DNA of 64,000 nucleotides from an uncultured Hormoscilla sp. (GCA_963921275.4 OZ001293.3:2656001-2720000), one strand, 5' to 3'. Numbered from the stretch's first letter, positions 45,530 through 59,209 are shown. Notes: generated by a model from the sequence alone, not told the origin. Program-made: numbers and translations.

Positions 45530-46309
45530 GACGCTATGGCTTGCGAGACGACCAGTGGGAACGGATCGAACACCTTTTACCTGGTAAAGAGGGTGACCCA
45601 GGCGCTACAGCCAAGAACAATAGATTATTCGTGTTCTGCCGTGTTATATCGATATCGTGCTGGCATTCCCTGGCGGGATTTACCGGAGTGTTTTGGGGAT
45701 TTTCGGGTTGTTCATACCCGCCATACCCGTTGGTCTGAAAAGGGAGTTTGGAAGCAGGTATTCGATGTCTTGGCCTCAGACGCCGATAACGAATACGCCG
45801 CGATTGATGCCACCATCCTGCGTGCCCATCAACGAGCGTGCGGGTGCAAAAAAAAACACCCTCAGATACGTGCGAAACCCAAGCCATAGGCCGTAGTAAA
45901 GGGGGACTATCGACAAAGATTCATGCCACTTGCGATTGCCCAAGGCAATCCCACAGGATTTCATCTTACCCCTGGCCAAGCCCACGACGGGAAAGGCGCT
46001 GACGTGCTATTGGATAAAATCGGTGAGATTGGCGCGCTGCTTGCAGATAAAGCCTATGATGCGGAACAACGTGTGCTCGAGCGCCTGAAAGAGGCGGATT
46101 GGATGGCTGTCATTCCTCCAAAAAGTAACCGCACAGAACACAGAGAATACGATGAAGAAATGTACAAGTGGCGGCATCTAATTGAAAATCTATTCCAAAA
46201 ACTCAAGCAATACAGGGCTCTGGCGACACGCTACGATAAAACGGCTCGCAATTTCTTGGGTGCCATCTACCTCGCGGCAGCTGTAATATGGCTTAATTGA
46301 TGACACGCA
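45439..46309 (+). mobile_element. IS5-family element (IS427-like), transposase fragmented
   Basis: TIR GTGTCATCAAT/ATTGATGACAC; CTAG duplication; [32 protein letters not shown]. Confidence 0.9.
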
Positions 46310-46343
46310 CTAGTGAAACTAACCAAGAAGAGAGTGTCCTGAT

Positions 46344-47156
46344 ATGAAACTCGCCGTCATTTCCTGCATTCATGGCAACTATGAAGCGTTGAATGCAGTG
46401 ATATCTGATATCGACGCTCAAAAGGCAGACCAGATTTATTGCCTGGGCGATCTAGTCGGTTATGGTCCCCATCCCAATGCCGTCGTCGATCTGATTCGCG
46501 CCCTCGATATTCCCACCTGTCAGGGCTGCTGGGATGAAGATATTGTCGAAGGTTTGAATGCGTGCGAATGCAGTTACCCTTCTCAGCTCGCGGAGGAGCG
46601 AGGACGACTGGCTCATAAATGGACAAACAATGTCATTCATCCAGAGGTGCGCGAGTATCTGGCAACACTCCCGATGACCCTGCGACTGGATAATCTTTGC
46701 TTTGTGCATGGCAGTCCCAATAGCCAACACGAATACCTGCTGCCCAGCATGGATGGCTTTGCGGCATTGGAGCGAGTCTTATCCGCTAATGCCGAGGTGC
46801 TTTTCTGCGGTCACACCCATGTGCCCTATGTACGGACTCTCGAAGAGGGTAACTTGAGCGTTCGGGTTCAACAACCAGGTCAAGATGAATCTACCGCTGA
46901 GATTCAGGTGCCGTTGAAGCTAATGATTAACGCAGGATCGGTGGGAGAACCTCGGCATGGTCGCCCTAATGCAACCTATGTCCTCTATGACACTGATACA
47001 GTACAGGTAGAACTCAGAGAAGTGCCCTACGACTACGAAAAAACCTGCGCCGACATCATTGCCAAGGGTCTGCCGCCGATCTTTGCCTGGCGGTTGGCAC
47101 GGGGGATGGAGTTTGCGGAACGGGCAGACGATCCGAGTCATGTGTGTCAGCGATGA
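46344..47156 (+). CDS. Metallophosphoesterase family protein
   Basis: SCIHGN, LGDLVGYGP, VHGSP, CGHTH, NAGSVG.PR. Confidence 0.9.
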   Translation: MKLAVISCIHGNYEALNAVISDIDAQKADQIYCLGDLVGYGPHPNAVVDLIRALDIPTCQGCWDEDIVEGLNACECSYPSQLAEERGRLAHKWTNNVIHPEVREYLATLPMTLRLDNLCFVHGSPNSQHEYLLPSMDGFAALERVLSANAEVLFCGHTHVPYVRTLEEGNLSVRVQQPGQDESTAEIQVPLKLMINAGSVGEPRHGRPNATYVLYDTDTVQVELREVPYDYEKTCADIIAKGLPPIFAWRLARGMEFAERADDPSHVCQR

Positions 47157-47191
47157 GTGGGTAAGCAGGTTTTCCTCGAGGAGGTGAGCGG

Positions 47192-47896
47192 ATGCAATGG
47201 GCAATTTTGAGTGGTATTGAGGGCAATTTAGCGGCCTATGAAGCGGTGTTGCAGGATATTCGACGGCAGCGCAGCCCGGTCACTGACCTATACATAGTCG
47301 GAGATGTGGTGGGACTAAAGGGGAATAATGAGGCGGTGATTGAGCGACTGCGATCGCCCCGTTCGGGAGAACTCGAACCTCAGGTTTGTATCGGTTGGTG
47401 GGAAGAGCAATGCTTTAGTCTCCATGGGCTGAGTGGATTGCCAGACGCCCCCGAATTGATGGCCCAATGGGGTGGCGATGGGGTCAAGCACCTGTGGGAA
47501 TCGGTATCGCGGGAGTCGGTGGGGTGGTTGCGATCGCGCCACTTTGGCTTTCATGAGTTGGACTGCCTACTGATCCATGGCAGTACGGTGAGCTATGCCG
47601 ATGAAATCACGCCAGAGATACCTGCGATTCAATTGTGCGATCGTCTCATCCGCGCCGATGCTAATACCCTATTTTGTGGGCGATCGGGGCTGACCTTTGA
47701 ATGCTGGGTGACTCCCCGTAAACTCCGCTCAACAGTCACGACCTTAGACGGCAAACAGGAGCCACAGGAACAGGGAAAAACACCCCGCCGCGTTGTCGGC
47801 GTTGGATCTGTAGGGCGCACCCTTGGTCAGGCAACCTACGCCCGATATAACCCTGGCAATGATGACGTAACCTTTAGTACTGTAACCTACGGATAA
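47192..47896 (+). CDS. Degenerate metallophosphoesterase paralog
   Basis: SGIEGN, GDVVG, IHGS, GSVG; several metal ligands replaced. Confidence 0.8.
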   Translation: MQWAILSGIEGNLAAYEAVLQDIRRQRSPVTDLYIVGDVVGLKGNNEAVIERLRSPRSGELEPQVCIGWWEEQCFSLHGLSGLPDAPELMAQWGGDGVKHLWESVSRESVGWLRSRHFGFHELDCLLIHGSTVSYADEITPEIPAIQLCDRLIRADANTLFCGRSGLTFECWVTPRKLRSTVTTLDGKQEPQEQGKTPRRVVGVGSVGRTLGQATYARYNPGNDDVTFSTVTYG

Positions 47897-48079
47897 ACCC
47901 AAAGCTTTGGACCAACTCAACGTTGAAGCAACTTCCTTGGCACATATCGTTTGACTTTGACTGGGTCACACGTCTTAAGGCTCAGACTCTACATCTCAAT
48001 ACTACCGGCATGGTGTCAGGTTATTGCTAACCGCTTCAACCCGCTGTACTCACTTTGAATGGCGATCGCCCTTGCCTGA

Positions 48080-49210
<1,131 letters not shown>

Positions 49211-49329
49211 GCGAGAGCAGAACTGGGCGATTAGAAGAGCGATCGCTCTTCTGATTCCCCAGATTCATATTGTTACACGACTTGGAAGGTTAAGGCTAGC
49301 TCAATCTCCGCTTCGCTAATTTTAATTTC

Positions 49330-50063
49330 GATCTTGCTGGAATTTATATCAGTCATTGGTATCTTGGAAGCGCTGGGTGCTGGCGGGACTGAGCTTTTTC
49401 TGCCAACAACTTGCGATCCGCCTGAATAGCACTACTGCTATTATAGAACTAGCGACTCCCAAGGCAGCAGATCCGTAGAGTGCTATCCATGTCATTTCTT
49501 GCTGACTTTTCAAAGTCAGCAAGCGACTCATCAACAGACGCTCTTCCTCTGCTATAAATAATTCGACGCGCGCGTAGCGCGCGCGTGCTATTCGTTGCTC
49601 TTTTACCTGCCAGCATAATCTCAGATAATGCTGCTGGCGACTCTGGGGGTTGCTGATTCCGGGTCAGATAAGATTCCAACTCCTCCTGTCTCTGTTCTAC
49701 GGAGCTTTTTATTTCCAGGATTCGCTGACTCTGTTTGGGGTTATCTTTCACTAGATCCCGCAGTTTCTCTAGGGACTCGGAAATAGCTGCGATCGCCTCT
49801 TGATAATGTTCGAGTAACTCTTGATTTTGAGTCAGTTTATATCCGCGCATTCCTGTTTCCGCATCTATCAAGTTCGCGATAATATGTTCCGCAGGGCACT
49901 ATGGGTATGTTGCACCCATTTTTCCGCCTCATATGTCTTCACCTGCAACAACCAAAATATTCCCAAGTATGTCACTCAACTTGAAATCCTAATGGCCGCA
50001 ATTAACATTTTTGCCTACTGTTAACTTCGACCAGTAATTCCCCAAACTCTTTATTATGCTCAT
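49330..50063 (-). pseudogene. CHASE3 sensor-domain remnant
   Basis: WVQHT, IDAETGMRGY, LVKDNP.Q; frameshifts and a GC-rich insert near 49567-49590. Confidence 0.75.
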
Positions 50064-50162
50064 CTTTCACCTTCCCTCCGTCTCTTTGATTAATATTAAT
50101 TAACCGGGTTAATAATTATCTCTATCCATGGTATGACATTAACCCGGCTTTCTGGAACATGG

Positions 50163-50561
50163 TTATATTTGATTGAATAAAGTCCGCATTGACTCTATCC
50201 TTTGGCGGTTTACCCCTATATCTGACTGTCCCAAACGAGATGCCGATCGGACGTGAATCACCTTAGCATTATCATCCAATAAAAATTCTACATCATCCAC
50301 GTATCCCATTATTTTACTGGTAAACTCAGCATACAAGTAGTTATCTGAGTCAGTAACTATCTGAGTGCGGGGCTGATTTTGGATCGTTGCCTTCAGTTTG
50401 GCCAAGGCTTCAGTTGGGGTTGAATTATAAGTCAACGGCTGGATATAATGTTGTTGGTCTGTTTCTGGACCTTGGCTACAGACACAGTTAGGCGATTTTG
50501 GACAAGGGGTCAACTTGCCATTTTTGACGCCAATGTTAGTGGGTCGTTTTCCTGCAAACAT
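50163..50561 (-). CDS. DUF1499 family protein
   Basis: L.PCP.SPNCV.SQ, VDDVEF, VRSASRLG.SD.GVN..R. Confidence 0.92.
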   Translation of the reverse strand: MFAGKRPTNIGVKNGKLTPCPKSPNCVCSQGPETDQQHYIQPLTYNSTPTEALAKLKATIQNQPRTQIVTDSDNYLYAEFTSKIMGYVDDVEFLLDDNAKVIHVRSASRLGQSDIGVNRQRIESMRTLFNQI

Positions 50562-50919
50562 AATTCATCCTGAATCTTTTTTCTGACTGACCTGGGAGTT
50601 GCGTTCCCAGAACACTCCTTGATTATAACCTGGCCTGGTTCGATCTGAGTGACGAAGATGCTAATTTTTTTTCCGCCCAGCAGCAGGAAGTTGGATCCAT
50701 TTCCATGCCGACATCGAGTCTCCCCAGCTTTTTGGCGACGGTTGTCCCGTCGATGTCCGACGGGTAGTGCGAGTAGACACGCGAGCGGTCTCTTGGGTAG
50801 TGCGAGTAGCGCGGCCTTCGCGAGACACCTCACCGGGAGGCATCGAGCGCCCGTCGGACATCGAAACCCAGTCAGGGGTCGAAAAAGGGTAAGGTGGGCA
50901 GTACACACCCTACAGGTTG

Positions 50920-52665
50920 TCAATGCAGCAATTCTTCTAATTGTTGCTGTTGCCAAAGGTTTTGGTATAAACCGAGTTGTTGCATGAGTTCGGCGTGAGT
51001 GCCGATCTGAACGATCGCACCTTTATCCATGACAAAGATGCGATCGGCGGTAGCAGCAGCGGACATTTGGTGAGAGATAAAAATCACGGTTTGGCGCTTG
51101 GTTCCTTCCGAGAGGTTCCTGAGAATGTTGGTCGCGGTTTGGTTATCCACGCTGGAAAGGGCATCATCTAATATTAACACGGGGGCATCCACAAGTAATG
51201 CTCTGGCTAAGGCGGTGCGCTGTCGCTGTCCGCCGGAAAGGGTTACCCCCCGTTCCCCGACGATGGTTTCATATTGTTGGGGAAAGTTGCCGATTTCTGA
51301 GTGCATTTGTGCTTGTTTAGCGGCGATTTCGATTTCTATACCTTCCAGAACGGGGTCGCCGTAGCGGATGTTATTCTTGATGGTGGTGCTGAACAGAAAG
51401 CTGTCTTGGGGGACGTAGGCGATCGCCCCTCGCAAGTCATCCAGTTTCAGCAGGGTAATATCGTAACCATCCATAAAGATAGTCCGGGGGGGAATATCTA
51501 GCAAGCGGGGCAAAGCATTGGCTAAAGTAGACTTACCAGCACCAATAGGTCCGACAATGGCCACGGTTTCCCCAGGTTTGATGGCAAAATTTACATCCTT
51601 GAGGGCAGGAGTTTTGGCTCCCGGATAGGTATAATTGAGATGTTGGGCTATTAGTTGACCTCGGATAGGAGTTGCTAACTGGGCAGCGTAGTTCAGGTCT
51701 TTAATCTTGGGTTCGACTTGGAAAATGGTCTCGATGCGATCGACACTCACTTCACCCAGTTGATAGGCGCTAATAGTGAAACCGAGTAAAGCTGTGGGGA
51801 AACCCAAGCGTTCCGCGTACAGGAGGAGAGCCAGAAAATCCCCAATGGTGATCGTACCACGGGCGATCGCGCTTGTCCCCAGCCACATTAACACGAGCAA
51901 ACTGAGATTAGCTAATGCTTCTACTAGAGGAAATAGCAGATAGCGAGTTCTGGCCAGGCGCAGATTTGCACCCAACAGTTGACGATTAAACTGACGAAAA
52001 GCGCGACGTTCGTTCTCTTCCTGGGCATATATTTTAATCAAACTAATGCCACTCATATCCTCTTGAATGAGATCGCTGACGCGGGAGAGTTCTTCTTGCA
52101 CTTCCTGCTGCTGACTACGCAGGCGATGGCTAAATAACTGAACAATAACCAACATGAAAGGATAGACTGCGATCGCCCATAAAGTCAGCCGTCCATTAAT
52201 AGACAGCATCAAGGGGAGAGTCAAGCTGTAAGCAAAGATCATATTTGCCAGACTCAGCACCGCAAACCCCACCAGTCGGCGGATATTATCCACATCGCTA
52301 GTAGCGCGGTTAATCAAATCTCCCACCTTATTAGCAGCAAAATAGGCAGGTTCTAAAGTTAACAGCTGCCCAAATATCCTCTGTTTCAGGTCAAATTCTA
52401 CCCAACGTCCGACGCCAAAGATTAACAGGCGCGATGCCATGCGAATTACCCACATTATACAGGCCAGTAGTAGGACGATCGCCACGTAGCCCATGACCTG
52501 ACTAAAGTCGAAATTAATTTGCAGTCGATCGATAGTATTACGAATCTGCAGGGGGATGTAGACGCCTAGTGCGTTGACAATAAATAAAGCTGCGATGCCT
52601 AAAGACACCGGTTTCCAGTGGGGACCCATATAAGCGCCCAGTTTTTGTAACCTTGATTTCGCCAT
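50920..52665 (-). CDS. ABC exporter, fused permease/ATPase
   Basis: TM domain, GPIGAGKST, LSGGQRQR, ILDDALS. Confidence 0.95.
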   Translation of the reverse strand: MAKSRLQKLGAYMGPHWKPVSLGIAALFIVNALGVYIPLQIRNTIDRLQINFDFSQVMGYVAIVLLLACIMWVIRMASRLLIFGVGRWVEFDLKQRIFGQLLTLEPAYFAANKVGDLINRATSDVDNIRRLVGFAVLSLANMIFAYSLTLPLMLSINGRLTLWAIAVYPFMLVIVQLFSHRLRSQQQEVQEELSRVSDLIQEDMSGISLIKIYAQEENERRAFRQFNRQLLGANLRLARTRYLLFPLVEALANLSLLVLMWLGTSAIARGTITIGDFLALLLYAERLGFPTALLGFTISAYQLGEVSVDRIETIFQVEPKIKDLNYAAQLATPIRGQLIAQHLNYTYPGAKTPALKDVNFAIKPGETVAIVGPIGAGKSTLANALPRLLDIPPRTIFMDGYDITLLKLDDLRGAIAYVPQDSFLFSTTIKNNIRYGDPVLEGIEIEIAAKQAQMHSEIGNFPQQYETIVGERGVTLSGGQRQRTALARALLVDAPVLILDDALSSVDNQTATNILRNLSEGTKRQTVIFISHQMSAAATADRIFVMDKGAIVQIGTHAELMQQLGLYQNLWQQQQLEELLH

Positions 52666-52762
52666 GTTTGTTGTTGCGCTTTAGCGTTTATTGGTGAATG
52701 GCTGGACATCTACCATCTTACCACTAAGATAAAGGTCATTTAATATCAAGTCGCCACCACCT

Positions 52763-52984
52763 TCTGTGTCCCCCGGGAGCGCTAAAAGCACTACCCGGGA
52801 GAGACAGACCTCACCCTAAAGGGCAAGACTTACCTTCGCCTGGCGGGCTAGATGACAAAATGGAGATGTCCCTGGCATTTAATATAAAGTAGGGTGGACA
52901 TTGCCTAGGCTGTTGATTTTGGTCATTTTTCGGCTCTGTCGGTGTCCCCTGGGAGCGCTAAAAGCACTACCCAGGGGACACCGA
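52763..52984 (+). repeat. Two intergenic 46-nt hairpin elements (52763-52808, 52939-52984)
   Basis: Loop AGCGCTAAAAGCACTA flanked by inverted arms. Confidence 0.85.
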
Positions 52985-53885
52985 TCCCTCACTCCGGGAG
53001 CGTGGGATGGCGCGATCGCCTACAATTCATATAGAGCAATCGATCCACGGTCTCATAACCTTACACAAAAACTGCATGAAGTTTTTTCTGGGGCCATCGA
53101 AGTTCAAGTGTGAACAGCCTACGTGTCACCCGATCCCGGGGCTTCGCCCGACCTTCGAGCGCTAATCAAGTAACTATCGATCCAGAGAACATCTCGACAA
53201 GAGATTGATTTTTTAGCATCTACAAATTTTCTACCTCAGATCCCTAGCAGCTATCAAACAAAAAATTTAAAAGCGTTCCACCGGAGAATAATTAAGGATT
53301 GCAGAATAGGCATTCGATATCCCCCAGAGGGGACGCTCGATGTCTCCGGAGAGCTCGCGCGCTATTCGCACTGCGCATCGCACATCGCGGAGACATCGTA
53401 TTCGCACTACCCCAGAGATATCGAGGCCAGAACTAGAGATAGAATTAAAATTTTCAAGTACCTATTCCGTAATTACCGGAACAACATAGATTAGAAGCTG
53501 AGAAGAAAGCGCGGTTAACCTATGTGATGACATTGCTGCGACGCGGTGTCTCCCGGGGACAGCTCCCAGGAGACACCGCGAAGATATAGCAAGCCGTGCA
53601 GGAGTTGTGCAACCCGTAATTGATAAAAATATTATCCCGTAATGGTTTCAGGGGCGATCCCCCTGACCTGTTGACACAAATGATTTAGGCTAGCTATACT
53701 ATCACTATAGTTCCTCTCTTCAAATCGCCCCGGGCTTGACAAGTAAGGAGTAAAAAGCTACCAACTCTCTTGAGCAACCATTTGAGGATAAGGCTGAATA
53801 GGTAACGTTAAGAGATAAATAACCGGGTCGCTCGATGTCTCGGGGACATCGTACTCGCACTACCCACGAGACGGCTAGTTTTTAA

Positions 53886-54545
53886 TTACTTTCTTTGATT
53901 TTTTCGGGATCTTTTCTTGGATTTTCTTTGTCTCTTTGACATCAAAAACATAAAAACGGCAAAATTGTTCCGTTAGTAACTCATCATTGGCATTATAAAA
54001 TCTATACCACTTATTAACATAATATCCCTCTTATTCGATTTTCCGATCGTAAAAAATCTCATCTTTTATTTCCTTCTTATAATTAGTATGGACTCCCTGA
54101 ATCTACAATACCAATAGTCCATTTTAATCTAACATACCCTGTAGCTTGGCCAGCAACTGTTCGTTTTTTTCTCTAGCGGTAATGTGACTAGCAATCCTAT
54201 ACTCACCTTCTTCCTATACCACACATATTACACCTCCCGTTGAAACGTTCGCCTCAAACTTATCCTCTGTTTCAAATTCAGTAATATCTTCACAAATAAA
54301 TTTTACATCTGAAGAAGCTTTTCTTCGCAATTTCCAGCATTTCAGGAGAAAAATAGACACCAACAATCATTTGCCAGTGAGAGCATTTTTTCCGTAAGTA
54401 GTCCAGTTCCTACACCAATATCTAAAACTTTCCTTCTACCACCGAGCAAGTTATACAAAGTCTTGCTAAGTGCCTCAAAGTCAAAGTATCCGCTTATCAA
54501 TAGGTTGTCATAATATTTTACTATCTCAACGTACTCGTTAATCAT
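53886..54545 (-). pseudogene. Class I SAM methyltransferase, frameshifted
   Basis: VLDIGVGTG motif I; low-GC coding-like DNA continues in other frames. Confidence 0.7.
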
Positions 54546-54753
54546 AAGCTTGTCCTTATCACTTACAATGGTTCAAAACCAACGGCTTTTGAACCGGTAA
54601 ATTTCTGACTTAGACCAAGTCCAGCAGACCTTCTCAAGCTCAACTTCAACTAAAGTTCGGAAGTTATATTCGAGCAAGCCTGGCCAATAATAGCCGCCCT
54701 CCCAATCCTTGTAAGTGATTTAAATCACATTAATAGTGTGACTCTATATACCT

Positions 54754-54880
54754 GAGCCGAGGTCGAGCCGAGGTCGAGCCGAGGTCGAGCCGAGATCGAG
54801 CCGAGATCGAGCTGAGGTCGAGCCAGACCCTCGCCCGAGTCGAGCCATTAGCGAGCCCTAGGCGAGCCGTAGTCGAGCGA
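54754..54880. repeat. 11-bp tandem array (GAGCCGAGGTC), about 11 units degrading rightwards
   Basis: Read directly from the sequence. Confidence 0.9.
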
Positions 54881-55179
54881 TACCCTCCCCTAATGTATCC
54901 AAACGGAGCCGAGTAGAGGGGCATTAGAGCGCGTGCTAAAGCCACATCCTCACCGTACCCTCCCTACCATATATATAACCTCGCCCATGCCGCTGGGGCG
55001 ACAACCGGCACCCCATCCCCCCAAAGGAGTTCCGAGTTCTCTGTTATCAAAATTGCCAAAAATATCAGATAACATCAACCTGTCATAGCGAGACATTCAT
55101 GTAATGATATCAAGATATAGTTCGCCATAGATAAGCGATCGCAATATACAATCAACCTATCAGCATTTACCATAATTCC

Positions 55180-57516
55180 ATGACAACCACCGTACCCTTC
55201 TCCCCCGAAGAAATAGCCGCCGAAGGACTCACATTATCAGAATACGAAGAAATAGTCAAGCGCTTGGGGCGTCATCCCAACAAAGCCGAACTAGGAATGT
55301 TCGGCGTTATGTGGTCGGAACATTGCTGCTACAAGAACTCCAGACCTCTACTCAAGCAGTTTCCCACCACAGGCGATCGGGTACTGGTCGGTCCCGGAGA
55401 AAACGCTGGCGTTGTAGACCTAGGGGACGGACTGCGACTGGCATTTAAGATAGAATCCCACAATCACCCCTCAGCCATAGAACCCTTTCAAGGAGCCGCC
55501 ACAGGCGTAGGCGGCATCCTCAGAGATATCTTTACAATGGGAGCACGCCCGATCGCCCTATTAAACTCCCTGCGCTTCGGTTCCCTAGCAGAGGCCAAAA
55601 CCCGCAGGCTATTCACAGGCGTGGTAGCGGGAATAGCCAGTTACGGTAATTCCGTAGGAGTACCCACAGTAGGGGGCGAAGTCTACTTCGATCCAGCTTA
55701 CTCCGACAATCTCCTGGTTAACGTCATGGCCTTGGGATTAATGGAAACCCCAGAAATAGTGAAATCTGGCGCATCTGGTATCGGCAACCCCGTACTCTAC
55801 GTCGGTTCCACCACCGGACGAGATGGCATGGGCGGTGCTAGCTTTGCCAGTGCCGAACTGACAGATAAATCAGCAGACGATCGCCCCGCCGTACAAGTAG
55901 GGGATCCATTTCTGGAAAAATCCCTCATCGAAGCCTGTCTGGAAGCCTATCATACCGGGGCCGTAGTTGCCGCCCAGGACATGGGAGCAGCTGGCATCAC
56001 CTGTTCCACCTCAGAAATGGCAGCCAAAGGCAATGTCGGCATCGAACTAGACTTAGATAAAATCCCCGTGCGCGAAACAGGCATGGTCCCCTATGAATAT
56101 CTGCTCTCAGAATCACAAGAACGGATGCTATTTGTCGCCCGCCAAGGCCGGGAACGAGAATTAATTGACATTTTCCATCGCTGGGGACTCCATGCCGTCG
56201 TTGCCGGCACAGTCATTTCCGAGCCCATAGTGAGAATTTTATTCCAAGGTGAGATCGCAGCAGAAGTCCCTACATCGGCCTTAGCAGACAATACCCCCAT
56301 TTACGAGCGATCGCTAATCAAAGAACCCCCAGAGTACGCGCAAGCAGCTTGGAAATGGTCGGCGAACAGTCTGCCAACACCAACAGATACCAGCATAGAA
56401 GTTAAGGGAAAGTTTCAGACCTGGAATGAAATTCTGCTCACCCTGCTCTCTACCAGCACCATAGCCTCAAAACGCTGGGTCTATCGCCAATACGACCATC
56501 AAGTGCAGAACAATACAGTCATTTTACCCGGTGGAGCCGATGCTGCTGTCATGCGATTGCGTCCTCAGAACTCCTCCGGAAGCGATTGGCAACGGGGAAT
56601 AGCCGCTACCGTAGATTGTAATAGTCGTTACGTCTATCTCGACCCCTATGAAGGAGCCAAAGCCGTAGTCGCCGAAGCCGCCAGAAACCTCAGCTGTGTC
56701 GGGGCCGAACCTCTAGCAGTCACGGATAATCTGAATTTCGGCAGTCCCGAAAAACCCGTCGGATACTGGCAGCTAGCAGAAGCCTGTCGCGGCATAGCCG
56801 CAGCCTGTCGCGAACTCTCTACCCCCGTGACTGGTGGGAACGTGTCTCTTTACAACGAAACTCTCGACGCCGACGGCAAACCCCAAGCAATTTATCCGAC
56901 TCCAGTTATCGGCATGGTGGGATTAATCCCCGATCTGACCCAGATTTGCGGTCAAGCTTGGCAAGCTGAGGGGGATTTAATTTATCTCCTGGGAGTGGCC
57001 GTACCCAACCAGATCATCAATTTGGGGGCTTCTGAGTACCTAGCAACCATTCATAATGTGGTTGCTGGCAAACCCCCTGCCATAAATTTTGACTTGGAAC
57101 TGCGAGTGCAAGCCGCTTGTCGCGAAGGCATTCATCAAGGTTGGGTAAAATCGGCCCACGATGCTGCTGAAGGCGGGATCGCGATCGCCCTAGCCGAGTC
57201 CTGCATCAGCGGACAGTTCGGGGCTAAAATTAACCTGGGCTTAAACAATTTACTGCCCGGATGGCGTTGGGACGAACTGCTCTTTGGCGAAGGCGGATCC
57301 CGCATCATCCTTTCAGTGCGGTCAGATGATGCTTCAATTTGGGAATCCTATTTAAGGGAGCAGCTAGGTTCTGATTGGCAAAAGCTAGGAGTAGTTACCG
57401 GTGCCGACCAGCCTTTACAGATTTTAACAGCAGATGGGGTTTGTGTAATCGACCTTAAGGTCAAAGACATGGGCGATCGCTACCACAACGCCATCTCACG
57501 CCAACTCCATCCCTAG
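55180..57516 (+). CDS. purL: Phosphoribosylformylglycinamidine synthase subunit PurL
   Basis: [37 protein letters not shown]. Confidence 0.98.
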   Translation: MTTTVPFSPEEIAAEGLTLSEYEEIVKRLGRHPNKAELGMFGVMWSEHCCYKNSRPLLKQFPTTGDRVLVGPGENAGVVDLGDGLRLAFKIESHNHPSAIEPFQGAATGVGGILRDIFTMGARPIALLNSLRFGSLAEAKTRRLFTGVVAGIASYGNSVGVPTVGGEVYFDPAYSDNLLVNVMALGLMETPEIVKSGASGIGNPVLYVGSTTGRDGMGGASFASAELTDKSADDRPAVQVGDPFLEKSLIEACLEAYHTGAVVAAQDMGAAGITCSTSEMAAKGNVGIELDLDKIPVRETGMVPYEYLLSESQERMLFVARQGRERELIDIFHRWGLHAVVAGTVISEPIVRILFQGEIAAEVPTSALADNTPIYERSLIKEPPEYAQAAWKWSANSLPTPTDTSIEVKGKFQTWNEILLTLLSTSTIASKRWVYRQYDHQVQNNTVILPGGADAAVMRLRPQNSSGSDWQRGIAATVDCNSRYVYLDPYEGAKAVVAEAARNLSCVGAEPLAVTDNLNFGSPEKPVGYWQLAEACRGIAAACRELSTPVTGGNVSLYNETLDADGKPQAIYPTPVIGMVGLIPDLTQICGQAWQAEGDLIYLLGVAVPNQIINLGASEYLATIHNVVAGKPPAINFDLELRVQAACREGIHQGWVKSAHDAAEGGIAIALAESCISGQFGAKINLGLNNLLPGWRWDELLFGEGGSRIILSVRSDDASIWESYLREQLGSDWQKLGVVTGADQPLQILTADGVCVIDLKVKDMGDRYHNAISRQLHP

Positions 57517-57703
57517 CCTTCCCCTTCTTCATCGGAATTTTACGCTACCCTGAAGAAGGGGATAGTTAAGAAAAGCTTAAAATTAGGATCTCAATTATCT
57601 TTCCCCGTTCGCGCAGCGACTGCCCTGCGATGCCTGGAGGGTAGTGCGAATAGCGCACCCTCCAGGCATCGAGTATCGCCCAATACCGGAGCAAAGTTGT
57701 AGA

Positions 57704-59209
57704 ATGATTGCCAACCATTCCCCCCACGCAGAAGCATCCGACCCTGAGAACAGTAGCGCGACTATAGTCGCGCACTTCGTATCAAACAAGGATAAACCAC
57801 AAGAAGCCTGTGGTGTTTTTGGCATCTACGCCCCAGAGGAAAAAGTTGCCAAACTCGCCTACTTCGGTCTGTATGCCCTACAGCACCGGGGCCAGGAGTC
57901 AGCAGGGATTGCCACCTTCTCGGGAGAAACAGTGCATATCCACAAACATATGGGGCTAGTGTCTCAGGTGTTTAACGAAACTATTCTTAGCCAACTGACT
58001 GGTAGTATAGCTGTAGGTCACGTCCGTTACTCCACCACAGGTTCTTCCCATCTTGCCAATGCCCAGCCAGTTGTAGTAGAAACTCGCTTGGGCTCCCTGA
58101 CGTTAGCACATAACGGGAATATTGTCAATACCAGAGAACTGCGCCAAAAGTTAGAACAGCGCAACTGTAACTTGCTCGCCACCACCGACTCAGAAATGAT
58201 TGCCCACGCGATCGCCTCAGAGGTCAACAGCGGCAAAGAATGGTTAGAAGGAGCTATCAGTGCCTTTGGCAGCTGCCAGGGAGCTTTTAGCTTAGTCATC
58301 GGCACCCCAGCGGGGTTAATGGGAGTGCGCGATCCCAACGGCATTCGTCCCCTGGTAATTGGCATCTTGGAAAATCATCCCCACCGCTACGTACTCGCCT
58401 CGGAAACCTGTGGTCTAGAGATCATTGGAGCCGAATATCTGCGGGATGTCGAACCCGGAGAATTAGTCTGGATTACAGAAGCTGGACTGGCCTCCTTCCA
58501 CTGGACTGGCAAGCCAGATCGAAAGCTCTGTATCTTTGAGATGATTTACTTTGGCCGTCCCGATAGCGTCATGGAAGGTGAAAGCCTCTATAGCTACCGG
58601 ATGCGACTGGGGTGTTATCTAGCCCAAGAAGCCCCTGCTGATGTAGATCTGGTCATCGGCGTTCCCGACTCGGGTATCCCAGCAGCCATTGGCTTTTCCC
58701 AAGAATCTGGCATTCCCTACGCCGAAGGTTTAATCAAAAATCGTTACGTAGGTCGTACCTTCATCCAGCCAACTCAGAAAATGCGGGAAACTGGCATCCG
58801 CATGAAGCTCAACCCCCTCAAAGATGTTCTGGCTGGAAAACGGATCGCGATCGTCGATGACTCGATCGTTCGGGGCAATACCAGTCGCCTCCTGGTCAAA
58901 GCCCTCCGAGAAGCTAGGGCCAAAGAAGTCCACATGCGAGTTTCATCGCCGCCAGTGACTCATCCCTGCTTTTATGGCATCGACACCGACTCTCAAGACC
59001 AGCTGATTGCTGCGACCAAGTCTACAGAACAGATCGAAAGGCAACTTGGCGTTGACTCCCTAGCTTATCTCAACTGGAAAGGAATGCTCAAAGCCACAGG
59101 AGAAGACCCGAATAGCTTCTGTTCTGCCTGCTTCACCGGAGATTACCCGATTACCATACCAGAACCCCTCAAACAGTCCAAGTTAATGCTGGAGACCGTT
59201 AGCCGTTAA
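57704..59209 (+). CDS. purF: Amidophosphoribosyltransferase
   Basis: E.CGVFG, LQHRGQE, GHVRYST, VDDSIVRG, PCFYGID. Confidence 0.97.
   Translation: MIANHSPHAEASDPENSSATIVAHFVSNKDKPQEACGVFGIYAPEEKVAKLAYFGLYALQHRGQESAGIATFSGETVHIHKHMGLVSQVFNETILSQLTGSIAVGHVRYSTTGSSHLANAQPVVVETRLGSLTLAHNGNIVNTRELRQKLEQRNCNLLATTDSEMIAHAIASEVNSGKEWLEGAISAFGSCQGAFSLVIGTPAGLMGVRDPNGIRPLVIGILENHPHRYVLASETCGLEIIGAEYLRDVEPGELVWITEAGLASFHWTGKPDRKLCIFEMIYFGRPDSVMEGESLYSYRMRLGCYLAQEAPADVDLVIGVPDSGIPAAIGFSQESGIPYAEGLIKNRYVGRTFIQPTQKMRETGIRMKLNPLKDVLAGKRIAIVDDSIVRGNTSRLLVKALREARAKEVHMRVSSPPVTHPCFYGIDTDSQDQLIAATKSTEQIERQLGVDSLAYLNWKGMLKATGEDPNSFCSACFTGDYPITIPEPLKQSKLMLETVSR

Noticed and set aside
50510..50987. ORFs between DUF1499 and the ABC exporter
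   Set aside because: Stop-poor because they cross nested GC-rich hairpin repeats
53640..53760. Promoter-like TTGACA-N18-TATACT with a short downstream sequence as an ncRNA
   Set aside because: Single copy, no recognisable family or terminator
57644..57703. Extended purF start
   Set aside because: The GTG lies inside a 46-nt hairpin element; ATG 57704 is more plausible
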